From contig NC_092679.1 in the NCBI RefSeq assembly GCF_964355755.1, forward strand, positions 2,882,201 through 2,946,200: a DNA stretch of 64,000 nt, in the 5' to 3' direction. The notes beneath the pieces are model-generated. The model was not told where the DNA came from, searched no databases, and was given only the letters and a program-made list of their open reading frames with translations. Each line of letters begins with the position of its first letter. Positions within the stretch are counted from its first letter, which is position 1. This document shows, piece by piece, positions 1 to 12,200 of this stretch. The position numbers and the translations under genes are program-made. This DNA comes from Antedon mediterranea. Its lineage: Eukaryota; Animalia; Echinodermata.

Positions 1-1822
1 GGTATGTAATGCGAGTGACAAAAAAAATGATTTTTTTTTTTTATACCATCATGATGATAATTTTTTTTAATGAAATTTTATAATTTAGCTATACTACTTT
101 GAACAATTAAAATTTGACAAATAAAAATAAAAAATCCCCGTAAATACAAAATTGCTGAGACATTGAAAAGTGAAATGCGAGTGACATGTAATGCGAGTGA
201 CGTTAAAAAATGGACAATGTAATGCGAGTGACATTACTAAAACTCTTTTTTTTGTAAAGTAAAATAGTAATTAATCTATCATTAGTTATGAATTAGTCCC
301 AGAATTAGTATATACATTAATTTCATAATACAATGTGTGATTTGGCCCTTATTTGGAGGCACTACAGTATAATAATTATAGCATTAGGTTTGTTGAGGGC
401 ACAATCCCTAGCAACGACCTTTTTGCAGTTAAATCATTTGAAAAATCAATCATTATAAGAGCTCATTAAATAAAAAACACTAAATCTGGTGAGATTTAAC
501 AAATTTGGTACAATCTTTTGTGAAGATAAGAAGGTAAGAATAAGTATACATTTATATTTAATCACAATTTTTAAGTTTTTTTTTCTTATATTGTTAGTGT
601 TAATTATTTCAAATTCTATAATTTGAAAACACCGCATAGGCCTAGGCTATAATAAGTTATTTATATATTATTATTTATATATTATTATTTACTAGGCATA
701 TTTTACACCACCAGGTCTAAAGCATTGTAGTTTTAAAAACAAAATATATAATTGCTTATTATTTAAAAATAATTTTAAAATATCATTCACATTTGCATCC
801 TGCCTTTAGAAATGGCCGAACGACAGAGAAAGTACCTAGAAAAACTGAAAGCCGAGGGAAAATACACCTCATACAGAAACAAACAAAATGAAATTTCGAA
901 AAGAAGTAAAAAAGTAAAAGAAAAGAGAAAATTCTAGCTCTGCCACCAGCTTTGAAGAAGCAGAAGATTGATGCTCTTAAAGTTGCTAATAGAAAACGTG
1001 TGGCTATTAGTTCAGAGCAAAGAAGGCTGCTTTGGCATCAGACGGGCCATCACCTTTTAGAAGTGCTATGGCTTTGCTAAAGCCACTACCAGGGCAAAAA
1101 GAATGCTTGATGCTGGTTTGCGAAGAACTTTGAGTTCCATAATTTGTAAAATGGCTGTTTGAATTTTCTATTTTCATTTTTAGTGACCGTATAAGTGTTC
1201 TGTTACTGTGTTTGTAAAAAATCAAGATATTCTGTTAGTGTTAAAAATAGATGATGTCATAGAACTTCATCCAAATGAGTTGAAATAAAAGTTTTTACTT
1301 GAAAATTGATATAACATTCTTTGAGTGGTTTAATGTTGCATTATTTAATTATTGTCTACTTTTCTTTCTGCTTTGTTTAGTAAATACTAAGTTCATTTCT
1401 TACGGTAATGCGAGTGACAGTAATGCGAGTGACGGGACTTTTTTGTTAAAATGTAAAATATTTTTAAAATCTATGTAATGTTGAATTTTTTTTATTATCC
1501 TATTTTATACTTTAAAAGTACAGTAATTAAAAATATAAGATCTTTTGATTCATATATTTTTAGTTTAAGGACACGTTCTTATCAAATCTAATCAAATTTT
1601 TGTTGTGTCCTTTTTGTGTAATGCGTGTGACAGAATTTCGCAATGGCGTCATTGTCGAAGTAAAAGACATACAATTTTTTTTATAGTATTTTATTAAAGA
1701 CTTGCACCTAAAGTATGTTCATATAAAACATTGACTTAAAAATCCAATTAGTATAGAAAGTACAAAGCTTAGACTAACAAAAATGACTGTAATGTGTAAT
1801 GCGAGTGACCATGGAATTGCCC
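1..1822 (+). mobile_element. Non-autonomous DNA transposon (Sola2-like), left end outside the window; carries a decayed transposase N-terminus at about 812-1090
   Basis: The motif GTAATGCGAGTGAC recurs about 8 times (6, 174, 188, 219, 1406, 1420, 1618, 1796). The right end ...CATGGAATTGCCC at 1822 reads GGGCAATTCCA on the minus strand. A frameshifted ORF remnant reads MAERQRKYLEKLKAEGKY...SPFRSAMAL, resembling N-termini of Sola-type transposases. The superfamily call is inference. Confidence 0.6.
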
Positions 1823-1832
1823 TTTAGATGAA

Positions 1833-2147
1833 ATGTTTAATACATTCATACTTCAGAAATTTGACACAATTATGCAAGACCCATCACATCCATTACATTC
1901 AGACATCATTATAAGTAGATCAGGAAGGGTTAGACTGACACAGAAAAAAATATCCACAAACCGTTTCAGAGTTTCACCAATGTACATAGCATGCAATTTA
2001 TTTAACAAAAAACTTTCAAGATAGTCACTTGTCATTTGTATTTATTTATAATATAGTTATCACATCGTATTACTTATTCTACTCGGGTACAAAACATATC
2101 TCGAAATTGTTAACAATTTTGACAATAAAGTTATCTTGTATCTTGTA
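1833..2147 (+). mobile_element. 5'-truncated non-LTR retrotransposon 3' end (Rex1/Babar-like, CR1 group)
   Basis: ORF 1833-2024 (IMQDPSHPLH...SGR...STNRFRVSP..IACNLFN) matches the typical Rex1/Babar ORF2 C-terminus (DPSHPLH...SGRR...TxRFxxSF). It is followed by a short 3'UTR, AATAAA and an (ATCTTGT)2 tail. Confidence 0.7.
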
Positions 2148-3274
2148 GTCAGCTAATGTAAATAAATAATAATTACACCAATAAATATTACAATAATAGT
2201 TAAGCCAATAAATATTATCAAATCCTATTATCAATATGCATGTAAATTGCAAAGATAAAATGTATTCATTATGTGATACATATCAAAGAACTCTAAATTC
2301 CTATTTATCCATTATACTGTACATTAACTTGAGAGAAACTAAAGCTCTGTCTACACTATCAAACTAGTTTGACAACAAAATGTGATGTGGCCAAATATGA
2401 AGAAAAATGAAATAATAATTGATATCAGAGAAAAATTTCATTTTAAAATTTTGTTTAGCATTATTGCTAATCAAACTGATTTTTTAGTCAAGAAACATAG
2501 TTTTGTATTGTATTTTTTGCTAAGCAATTTTAGAAATGTGTTGTTGTTGTTTTGTATAGCTTTTTGCTACACTGGCGAAATTATTCCCTGATTGTCAAAA
2601 CTTTATCTATTTACTTTACAGTTACTAATCGAGGCTCAATAGAATTATTAATCCACTTTTAATAATTCATCTATTATATTTTCGTTCATTCATTATTAAA
2701 TATTATTCAACTCAATTTTATATGAGGGTTGTTATCATTTGTGATTCATACAACATTGTACGTGTGAATATTTAATTGATTTAGATAATTCTATGAAGGT
2801 AAAGTAGTTTATTCATTATTCATTTATTAATTCATTTATGACATTTGTGACATTAAAAATAAAAACATTATCCATTTAATAATACCGTAATTCTATAAAA
2901 AAAAAAATTTTTTTGCATGCTTTTTATTCATTTATTACAGATTGTCATTTATTTATAAACATTGGTCGTTTTAGAGGTTCTGATATTCCTGTAAATTTGT
3001 AGAATTTCCTTGGGTCGAATCTTTATCGGTGTGGCTTTTTCTCATTCTCACGTATTTTCGTTTAAAAATTAAATGATTTATTCATAGTATTTTTTCTATG
3101 GCTTAAAATGCCTGTACAGTGTATTATTAAAAAACACATACTGTATATTTTTTAATGCACTGAGTCATGCCTCTGGTAAAAATATAACATGAACTGCTTA
3201 AAACATAACATGAAATTTCATGAAGTAATTTATCCATTATCTAATAAAAACAATTTGTCTTTTTTCTTCCGTAG

Positions 3275-6200
3275 AATATGCATTTGGTGGGCATCCATTT
3301 CCAATGACTGGAATATTTGAAATATTACCTCGTGACGTGGATGACTTGGGCCAACAGTTTAGGTTCAAGTAAGTTTAAAGCTTGGTTCACATTATCAAAC
3401 TTTATATGACAACAAAATGTGATGTACCCATATGGACATGATGATGTCATATCATATCACTAGCATTTTTTAGCATATCACTACTATATTTGGGCACACT
3501 TTTTGTCAAACTAGTTTGATAGTGTGACTGAACTTAAGAGTTATATGTCTGACTGGAGTATAGTTTATCTGTTGGGAAGGTATTGATAAAGATATCGATT
3601 ATTGATCAAGATTGATTTATTGGTAACTGAAAATACAGTTTTTTGTCAAGCTAGTTTGATAGTGTAGACAGAGCTTACAGTAAGTCTGTTTTTAGAAAAT
3701 ACAACAAGAACACATACAACAGTCTTTATTCAACTCAATTAGTCATCTTTCTTTCTCACGCATTTACTGTATTTCCAAGTTCTTTAATAATAATAATGTT
3801 ATTGAACCGCTCATGAAGAGATACTTTATCATATATCATAATTTAGAATGTTTGTACTAAATAAAGAAAATGTAACACGAGACGTGCAATGACATTTACA
3901 TTCCTAGAAATCTGAACATAAATAAAAAGTAAATTGTATTTGAATCAACAGCTGTCAATGCACTCGAAAACTTCTTGTGTTTTAATTGCTGCAATTTATT
4001 TTCTAATGTATGTCACATTCATTTAGACTAGACAAAAAGTAGTGAGCCCTCTAGCGGTCATTTGTGATTTCTGAGATTCATCGAAGCGCGACAACATCAC
4101 CCGGAAATGATGTGATTTTAAAATTTTAATAGGGTTAAACTCTTTTAACCAATTGAAAGCCTTAAATTATAGTTCCTTATGAATAATTCATGACAATAAT
4201 TAAAGCAAGGGTTGAAGAAGCATGTGACTTGGTTTTTGGAACAGGATAGCAGTTATGATCGTGTCAGGTAATCATTGAATTTGCTCTTCTTTTTGTTAGA
4301 TTTTATACGGTTTTTATCAATAATAATATTGTACATTTTTACGAGACCATAAAAAAATTCCTCAATTTTTGAGTAAGCGAGTGACTAAATAAAAAGTTAC
4401 TATGTAATGTAAATATTCGTTTGACAAAAAATGGGCATGTTGATATTTTCAGGTATTTTTTAAATGGCGATTGAAATAGGTAAACAAATCACATGTATAA
4501 CGGTGGTTTGTGCGAAGCTGGGCCTAGCCTTGATGGTCCAACGCGTACTGTGTGTTAATCAATGCGTATAGATACACACGTAGTCGTTTAGGCCAGTTTT
4601 TTACATGTTTATTTATTAATATTAGGCCCCATTCTCATTTATTTTAATTAATGTACTGAATGTACCACACTTTACAACTCTATATAAATTAGATTTTGTA
4701 CATGTATTAAATTCAAACGTTTTATGGGATTTAAAACATTAAGCTAGGCCTTGTAGTAGGCCTAGGACCACATGTTAGGTTTTTCAGCCTAATTTATCAT
4801 GCAGTATACCTCTAGCCCATCTTTCAAATACATATTTAAATTAAGATACTTTTTATATTTCTATATTTTTTATAGGATCTGACTCCAGAAAACATTTGCA
4901 TCACTTGAAAGCGGCTATTTATGGACAGCATGTTGACATTCAAAAAAATTTGACCAGCTCTTATTAATTAAATGTCTTTTAAATTAAAGGTTTTCATTAT
5001 AATGAAATGTACGGTGACAGAAATTTAAATGATTCTCATAATTGAGGTTTCTCATAGATTTAATATTGAAGGTAAATAAATAAAGCTGTTTGTTATTCTT
5101 GCCTTTAGAAATAAACATGTTGTTAGTACTATATTATTAGGCCTAGGCCATTATACAAATTAAAACTAAAAAATACAATAATCATATTTAAGGCCTACAC
5201 AGCAGTACCTTACTTGATTTGATTTTTTTCAAATATTTAATTGATGAAATAAATGAGTTTGACTTTTCAATTAGTTGCCATTTTATTAGTTTCTGTGTGT
5301 TTTTATTTATATTCTTAAAATAATTGTATACAACAACTTTAAAGTATTGCGAAGAAGTGATCAAATTATAGTAGGCCTATTTGTATGTTATTGTCGCTTA
5401 AAATTATGCAGTTAAAGTATTTGATTTTAGGGTGACAGAAACGGTTAGGCAAGAAAAGAAATAAATTTGGGAATTTTGTTATGCGGTAAAAACAATTAAA
5501 CATAATTTACCCCTAATGCATGTAAATGTAGAAAACATTGCTTATGTTAGCGCGACCGAAACTCGCTACTGGGAATAGAGCCTGCAAAAGCGACGCGTAC
5601 ACACCTACTCGGGCACCGGCGGAGCGCGATTGATAGTAAATATACCCGATTTCAAATGATCATAAAATTCTTTTAAAAAATATCAACATTTTGATTTTTT
5701 GAGGATTAAAAGTAAAGATATTGAAATTTAACATGCTATTTACAAATATGTATTTAAAAATTCGGAAACAATTTTAGCGTGATATTAAAACAAACTTTTT
5801 AGAGTTCCGCGATTTCCTACGCAGGATTTGTTTGTTTTCATTGTTAATGGGCGAATGTTACCTAAACTAGAATCGTTATAAATCTTTTAAATTTGTATTA
5901 TAAGTAATTTCTTTAGTATTCTTAGTAACATCGAATGTCTCTAATTAACTAGCAGTTATTTATACTAACTATTGTTCAATAATAAGCGTGTATGAAGTGA
6001 AAATCTATAGTAATAATGTTCTTAGTCAGTTCGTCTCGCTCGCGTGAAGTCTTCGGGTTTCTCAATACAATTCTCAGCGGTAAGATAGGCTCGCGCTAAT
6101 GTTTAAATCAAAAGCGCTCTCAAAACACTTTTTGTCTAAAATTCGCAATATGACGTGAGTGTGATGTATAATTACTATTCTTGATTGTGTGATGAAGATC

Positions 6201-9200
6201 AAATTGATCTTTTTAACTTTATAATTATATACAGTATATCTTTCTCTCTTTGTTGTGTCTTGAAATTTAACGTTAATCTAAAGACATAATATTACTCAAT
6301 GGTATAGTCAAAGTCAAACAAGTGGCTTTTGATAGGAATGTCCACTGTCCAAGTAAGAGCTGTGGAAAATGAACAGAACTGAAAGATGTACAGTATCATA
6401 CCGTAACCCTTAAAATAGTAATCAATTTGTCACTCTCCTATTCTGCTTATCCATAGTACAGTTTATATATCATGTTTTTCATTTACTACTCCCTGTTTTT
6501 CAAAAACTATTTTTATTTTTTATTTTTATTTTATTCAATCGAAACCAACAGCGATAATTACCACCACTAACAGGACTGTTTAAAGCACCGTGATTGGTCC
6601 TAACATTGATCAACGGCTTCTCTCATTCAGTGCCCACCTTGACTATGTTTAATGCATGCATTATGAGCCTTTTTCCAATTCCAAAAAATGCCTATTGATT
6701 ATGACATAATTTGACCTATAAGTGCATATGATGTGTGCCCAGTAACGATTCTTTATTTTGACCTGAACCAGAAGACTTGGTCTATAAACTACTTTTTTTA
6801 TACTTACCGTATTTTTAAAAGTTTTTTTTGTTGGTTTGGACGCACCGTTTGACACCAATATAAAGGTGTCGTTTTCCAATAAAGATTATTATTATAAACA
6901 CACACAAAAGTACATAGCATCAAAGCTGTTTGTCGTTTATATAAAAATGATTAAAGTAATTGGCAGTGCTCCGCAAGGAAAACATCTGTTGGTATTGATT
7001 CCCACTTGTAATTTATAAATTATTGATGCTTTACAATAACGCAGTACTGTAGTTAGTGGTCAAATGTGTTGATGTCTAAATATAGAAATACCACATGAGA
7101 ATTTGATTAAAATGACACTATGTTGTCATTATTACGCATAAGTGTAGATTATTATGCATTTTTAATTCTCCATGCCTTTATATATACAGTATTATGTCTT
7201 GTTTTCAGTTGTAAAATATTGCTTTCCAGTCCATATGTTTATACTGTTCGTAATTTATCAACATAATTATCCTATTAATATCTGCTTTTATGCAAATTAG
7301 TTACGCGCTGCCAATGTTAATGTGGAATTTTGCTAAATAGCTGTAACAATAATAATAGCTGTGTGACTGTCACATAGGAATGAATATGAAGTGTTGTAAG
7401 TAGACCATTGGCAATACATGACTTTGTTCAATGTGATACTAGAATGGCGTTTTGAATGCATGATATCAACTTTATTTAAGCTATGTTACTTCATAATACA
7501 GTGATAATGAGTTGTTTTTTTCTATGTGGAAACAGACCTTATTATGAAATACCTTGTGGCCCTTTCACATGGGCTAGAAAAACTTAAGAGTTTGTACACA
7601 CTGGGGTGCACACCATACAAAACACATGTGATGCCGTGTGTACTTAAACATTTTCTAGGTACAGTACTGTGAAATGGGTCTTAAGCTCTGTCTACACTAT
7701 CAAACTAGTTTGACAATAAAAGTGTGATGTGCCAAAATATGGCAGTGATGTACCCAAATATGGCAGTGATTTACCCAAATATGGCAGTGATTTACCCAAA
7801 TATGGCAGTGATGCCCCCAAATATGGTAGTGATATGACATCATCATGTCCATATATGGGCACATCACATTTTTGGGTTACATTACATAAAGTTTGATAGT
7901 GTAGACAGAGCTTAAACACATGTGGCTGAAAACAGTGTGAACAAATTATTATGAAATTCTGACTGAATCCGAAATACGGACATACTGTAACATTGTCATA
8001 AAACATTATTAAGGTTGAAAATATAATATTATATTTGTAACACTTCTTTGAATACGGACAATGAAACCAAGTTGTATAGATGATCAGTCAGTCTACTTAA
8101 TATTGTGTTGTGGTCTATTAAATTCTGTCAGTATTCAGCCAATGAATATGTAACTCAAATTATTGACAAAACATTTAATTACAGTAACTCTTTCCCCATC
8201 AATAATTTACAACTCAAAAGTGTACTCTATGAATATTTGAATTATTTTCCTAACAAATTACTATAATTTATGAAACGTGAATTAGTTCCTGGTAATAAAG
8301 CTCTATGTAATTAGGAGTTAGATGTTGGTATATTGGGTATTTAGACGTGAAGGAATATTTTAGTTTCGTTTCATTCACATCCTTAAACTCAGAAAATTGT
8401 TTATCAAATCCAGATGAGTACACTTTTTACAATTCTTTAGTTTCATTTTAGAATATTCTTTATTATAACGGTACAGTACATGTACCGATAATTCTAGTGT
8501 TCAATAAATATACATAACAATCTTCAGAATAAATTCTAAACCGCCCGGTGATATACTGAAATGTATTAAATAATTTGAAACGATAAAGATGAGGAATCTT
8601 TTGGAATGAGAAAAAGTTGCCTCAACTTATACTATAAGAGAGAGCATTTATACATTTGTTCCATCCATACCATTTTTGTGTTCCTTTTAATTCAGTTCAA
8701 TAAAAATCATACATAAAAGTAATACCACAATTACCCAAAATTGCCTCCCTCTGGAGGCCACCTTCCCCAGTAAATTTATATATAATATTGCAATAAAAAA
8801 TAAGAATTAAAATAAAAATTTCCAAACATATTATATTGTAATGTAAGATCACTATTTCTTCTCTGACTACATAACACTATCAAACTTTTTGTGACAAAAA
8901 AAATGTGATGTGCCCATATATGACAGAGCTTTAACAATGGATTCAGACTTCGGGAATTTTCGATCTGTATTTTTGCCATTTAATGTGGATTACATAGTAA
9001 ATAATCTGTGATGTTCCGTCATCAATGTGGTCTGACGTCCACTATGGTTCATCTCAATATTGACTTGGTCAGTCAATATATTGTAATTTAAAACAAACCA
9101 ATCAAGTTGCCTTGATTATAATTACATTATTTAAAATAAAATAATGGTTTGCAATATAATCAATTCTTAATTAGTTCTATAATTAGATCTAGATGAAATA

Positions 9201-12200
9201 ATTAACTTTCATTTTAATCAACTTAATACAATAATTAATTAACTGACTAACTTGGAAAAAGTGGTAGTGCTATGATAAATCCCTGTGATATTTAAATAGC
9301 GTCTTTGTTTTAAGCTCTGTCTACACTATCATCAAACTAGTTTGAAAAAAAAAATGACATGACATTTTTTGTCATATAAAGTTTGATAGTGTAGACAGAG
9401 CTTAACTGAACACTTGTCTCCCTACATTCACACTGAACTAGCCTAAAATAAGATGGCAAGTTGGACCAGTACTTAGTTATTCAGGCGTTGTGAGTGAATA
9501 TATTGAAATGAAGCAATTCTTATTTTTGATTTGCATTAGTTATTATACAGATATTGACTGCTTAGAGGTTAAATATAAGATTTGACATCCCCGAGGGAAT
9601 GATATTAAGTTCGAGGGAATATATATTTCCCGAAGCGCCAGCTGAGGGAAATATATATTCCCCGAGAACTTAATATCATTCCCGAGGGGATGTCAAATCT
9701 TATAATTAACCGATATAAAAGGCAATATCTGTTATATTATATAGCCAAGAACAAGTCTGCTGGGTTGGGCGAAGCTAGGCTAGGCTAGGCCTCCTATAGT
9801 ATTTGTATTGTATTTAAAACAAGCCTGCCTAGACACCTTACCTTGCGAAGAATAATATACAGATAATTACTAATTAATGATTCCTTGGCAATAAAAGATT
9901 CACTTAGGCCTAGGTCGTTTAAATTAACAGAAGAATTTCCATCAATAAGCCTATTAATAATAATATTATAATCAGGTAGGCCGAATAAACAATTCGTCTT
10001 CACCGGATGTTCAGCGCGTACTAGTTACTAGGTTACTACCGTGAGTATTGACCAATCACAAACGGTGTTTCATCACATTTAGGGTGGACTTATAACAAAT
10101 GAGGGCGCTATGTATGCATAGCTTAAATAGTTTAGAAGATTAATTTCTTCAAGCAAATTCCGTGGCCCAGCGGATGAAACGTTGTCTTGCGATGGAGTGA
10201 CAATTCCACCCGAGTTCAAGATCGAGTAGATGACTTTTGTTTATTTATCGGCAAACTCGAGTGTTGCACACGAAAATTACACAGTCAATATCATCGTACT
10301 CGAGAATTTATATGATTAATGACAGGGGACACGATTATTACGCGAAAATTACACAGTCAATATCATCGTTCTCGAGGATATATACGATTTACGATCCTCG
10401 CAGCGGTAGTCATGTGATGCAGTTTCAACCAATCACGTTCGCGTATTTACATAGGCTATGTAATATAAATTATTATTTAATGTAGTAGTTTAATGGAATT
10501 TGCTTGAAAATTTACTGAGTGGTGGTGAAGTGCTTAAAGCCCTATTAGTACCAAAACCATATTAATATGTGTAGTGCGTCACGTCAAAATCATTGTTGCT
10601 GCTGTATAAAGTGGAAATGTGTATTGATCTGAACGACACTCCAGCCTGACGACAGTATTACGTACTAATCCATTTAAAGAGCAAATACTCCATTAGAAAG
10701 AAGATCTTGATCTACAAGATAATAGAGCGTACAACGCAGTTGATGCTTTGTCCCGCTGCTGCGTGGACATTATCTATGTTAAATGGGCTATGTCTCGTTA
10801 ATACTCCGACGCAGACTAGTCCGACGTTAAAGGGTAAACATCCAGAATTGGCCTGCTGGGATTGGATACTCATCCTTAGAGTGGCCGTGAATAATAGCAG
10901 TTTATCGAATTGTGTTATTATAGTGATATGTAAGCCACTGCGGAGACATTATTCTTGTTAAATATAATTTTTTTAAAGAAGTCTATTCAAAGTGTAAACA
11001 CTGTTAGACCTCCAACTGTGATGGTTGAGCTCTTATGTAACAATTAAAATCCATATTTTGATCATTATTTTCATCACAATTGTCATTAACTGCCATGCTC
11101 ACAATTACTTAACATGTACAGTAATACAAATTTATTTCATTAACATTTATTCGAAACATTTACATTTACAATGAGTTACATGGCAACGACAATAATAGGA
11201 GCTGTTTCAGGGATTGGAAACAGTAGTAAAAGAACTTGTCTTATACCAAACTCTAAACAGGAAAAAGATATATAAACAACTGCATTAAATCATTTGCTAA
11301 TGTTAGATATATAAATTTTAATAATCATAAACCATTTTTTCAAATATTTCATTTAAAGACCCCTTCCCTGCAATTTTGGACGTTTTTTGGAAAATAATAC
11401 ATATATATCACTTTAAAAACATTAAACCATGTCATTCCTTGTCTTAAATGTACGTTTTATGGTAAATTATGATAAAAAGTGAGAAACAATGCACTACCTA
11501 AGTAGCTCGCGGCGATCGACCTCTCGTGGACGGTCTTAGGCCTAGCCTAGCTAGACTTAGTTTTGTAGGCCTAGCTGGTAAACATCGATAACGTACGAAC
11601 ATCGTACGCTAGCTATATACCTAGCCTGACGTTGTATAGTTGCTGCATTAATTGTCTTTCTATTTTTGCCAGACTCCGTTGATACAAATTGGGGAAAACC
11701 CGGTATTTTCGCTGAAAAGTTAGGAGTCTTCCATTTGTTTTGGCTTCACGATCGATCGAAAAGTGGGCGAATTACAGGTGAAAAACAAAAATATCAATCC
11801 GCGCGCAATGCATTTTGGGATTTATAGCGGGCCGCTATAATTATTAGAATCGATTTATTTTTCACATTTTTAACCGTTTAAAGACGAAAAAAGTTATCGC
11901 AATAGGACCATATAGTATTATTTTTACATTAAATATAGTTTGTGATCTTAAATTAGATCTAAAAAACGTAGGGAATGGGGCTTTAACAAATAAAAATTGT
12001 AATAGATTTTTCTGTTATTTTCTGTTGTAATAATAGGTTATTTATTTTGTTAATGTATGATGTGTTTTCTATTATTGTTTACCTTCTTCCTTTAAGTGTT
12101 TTATATTTGTAGTCATGTTTTGCCCTCCATATGCTTGGTCTTCCAAGCTGTGACCTGGGATGTTTGTTACATTTAAGTGTTTTATATTTGTAGTCATGTT

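Noticed and set aside
8996-9080. Box C/D snoRNA (TGTGATG...CTGA)
   Set aside because: The C box is imperfect, the spacing is too short, and only about 8 nt are complementary to rRNA.
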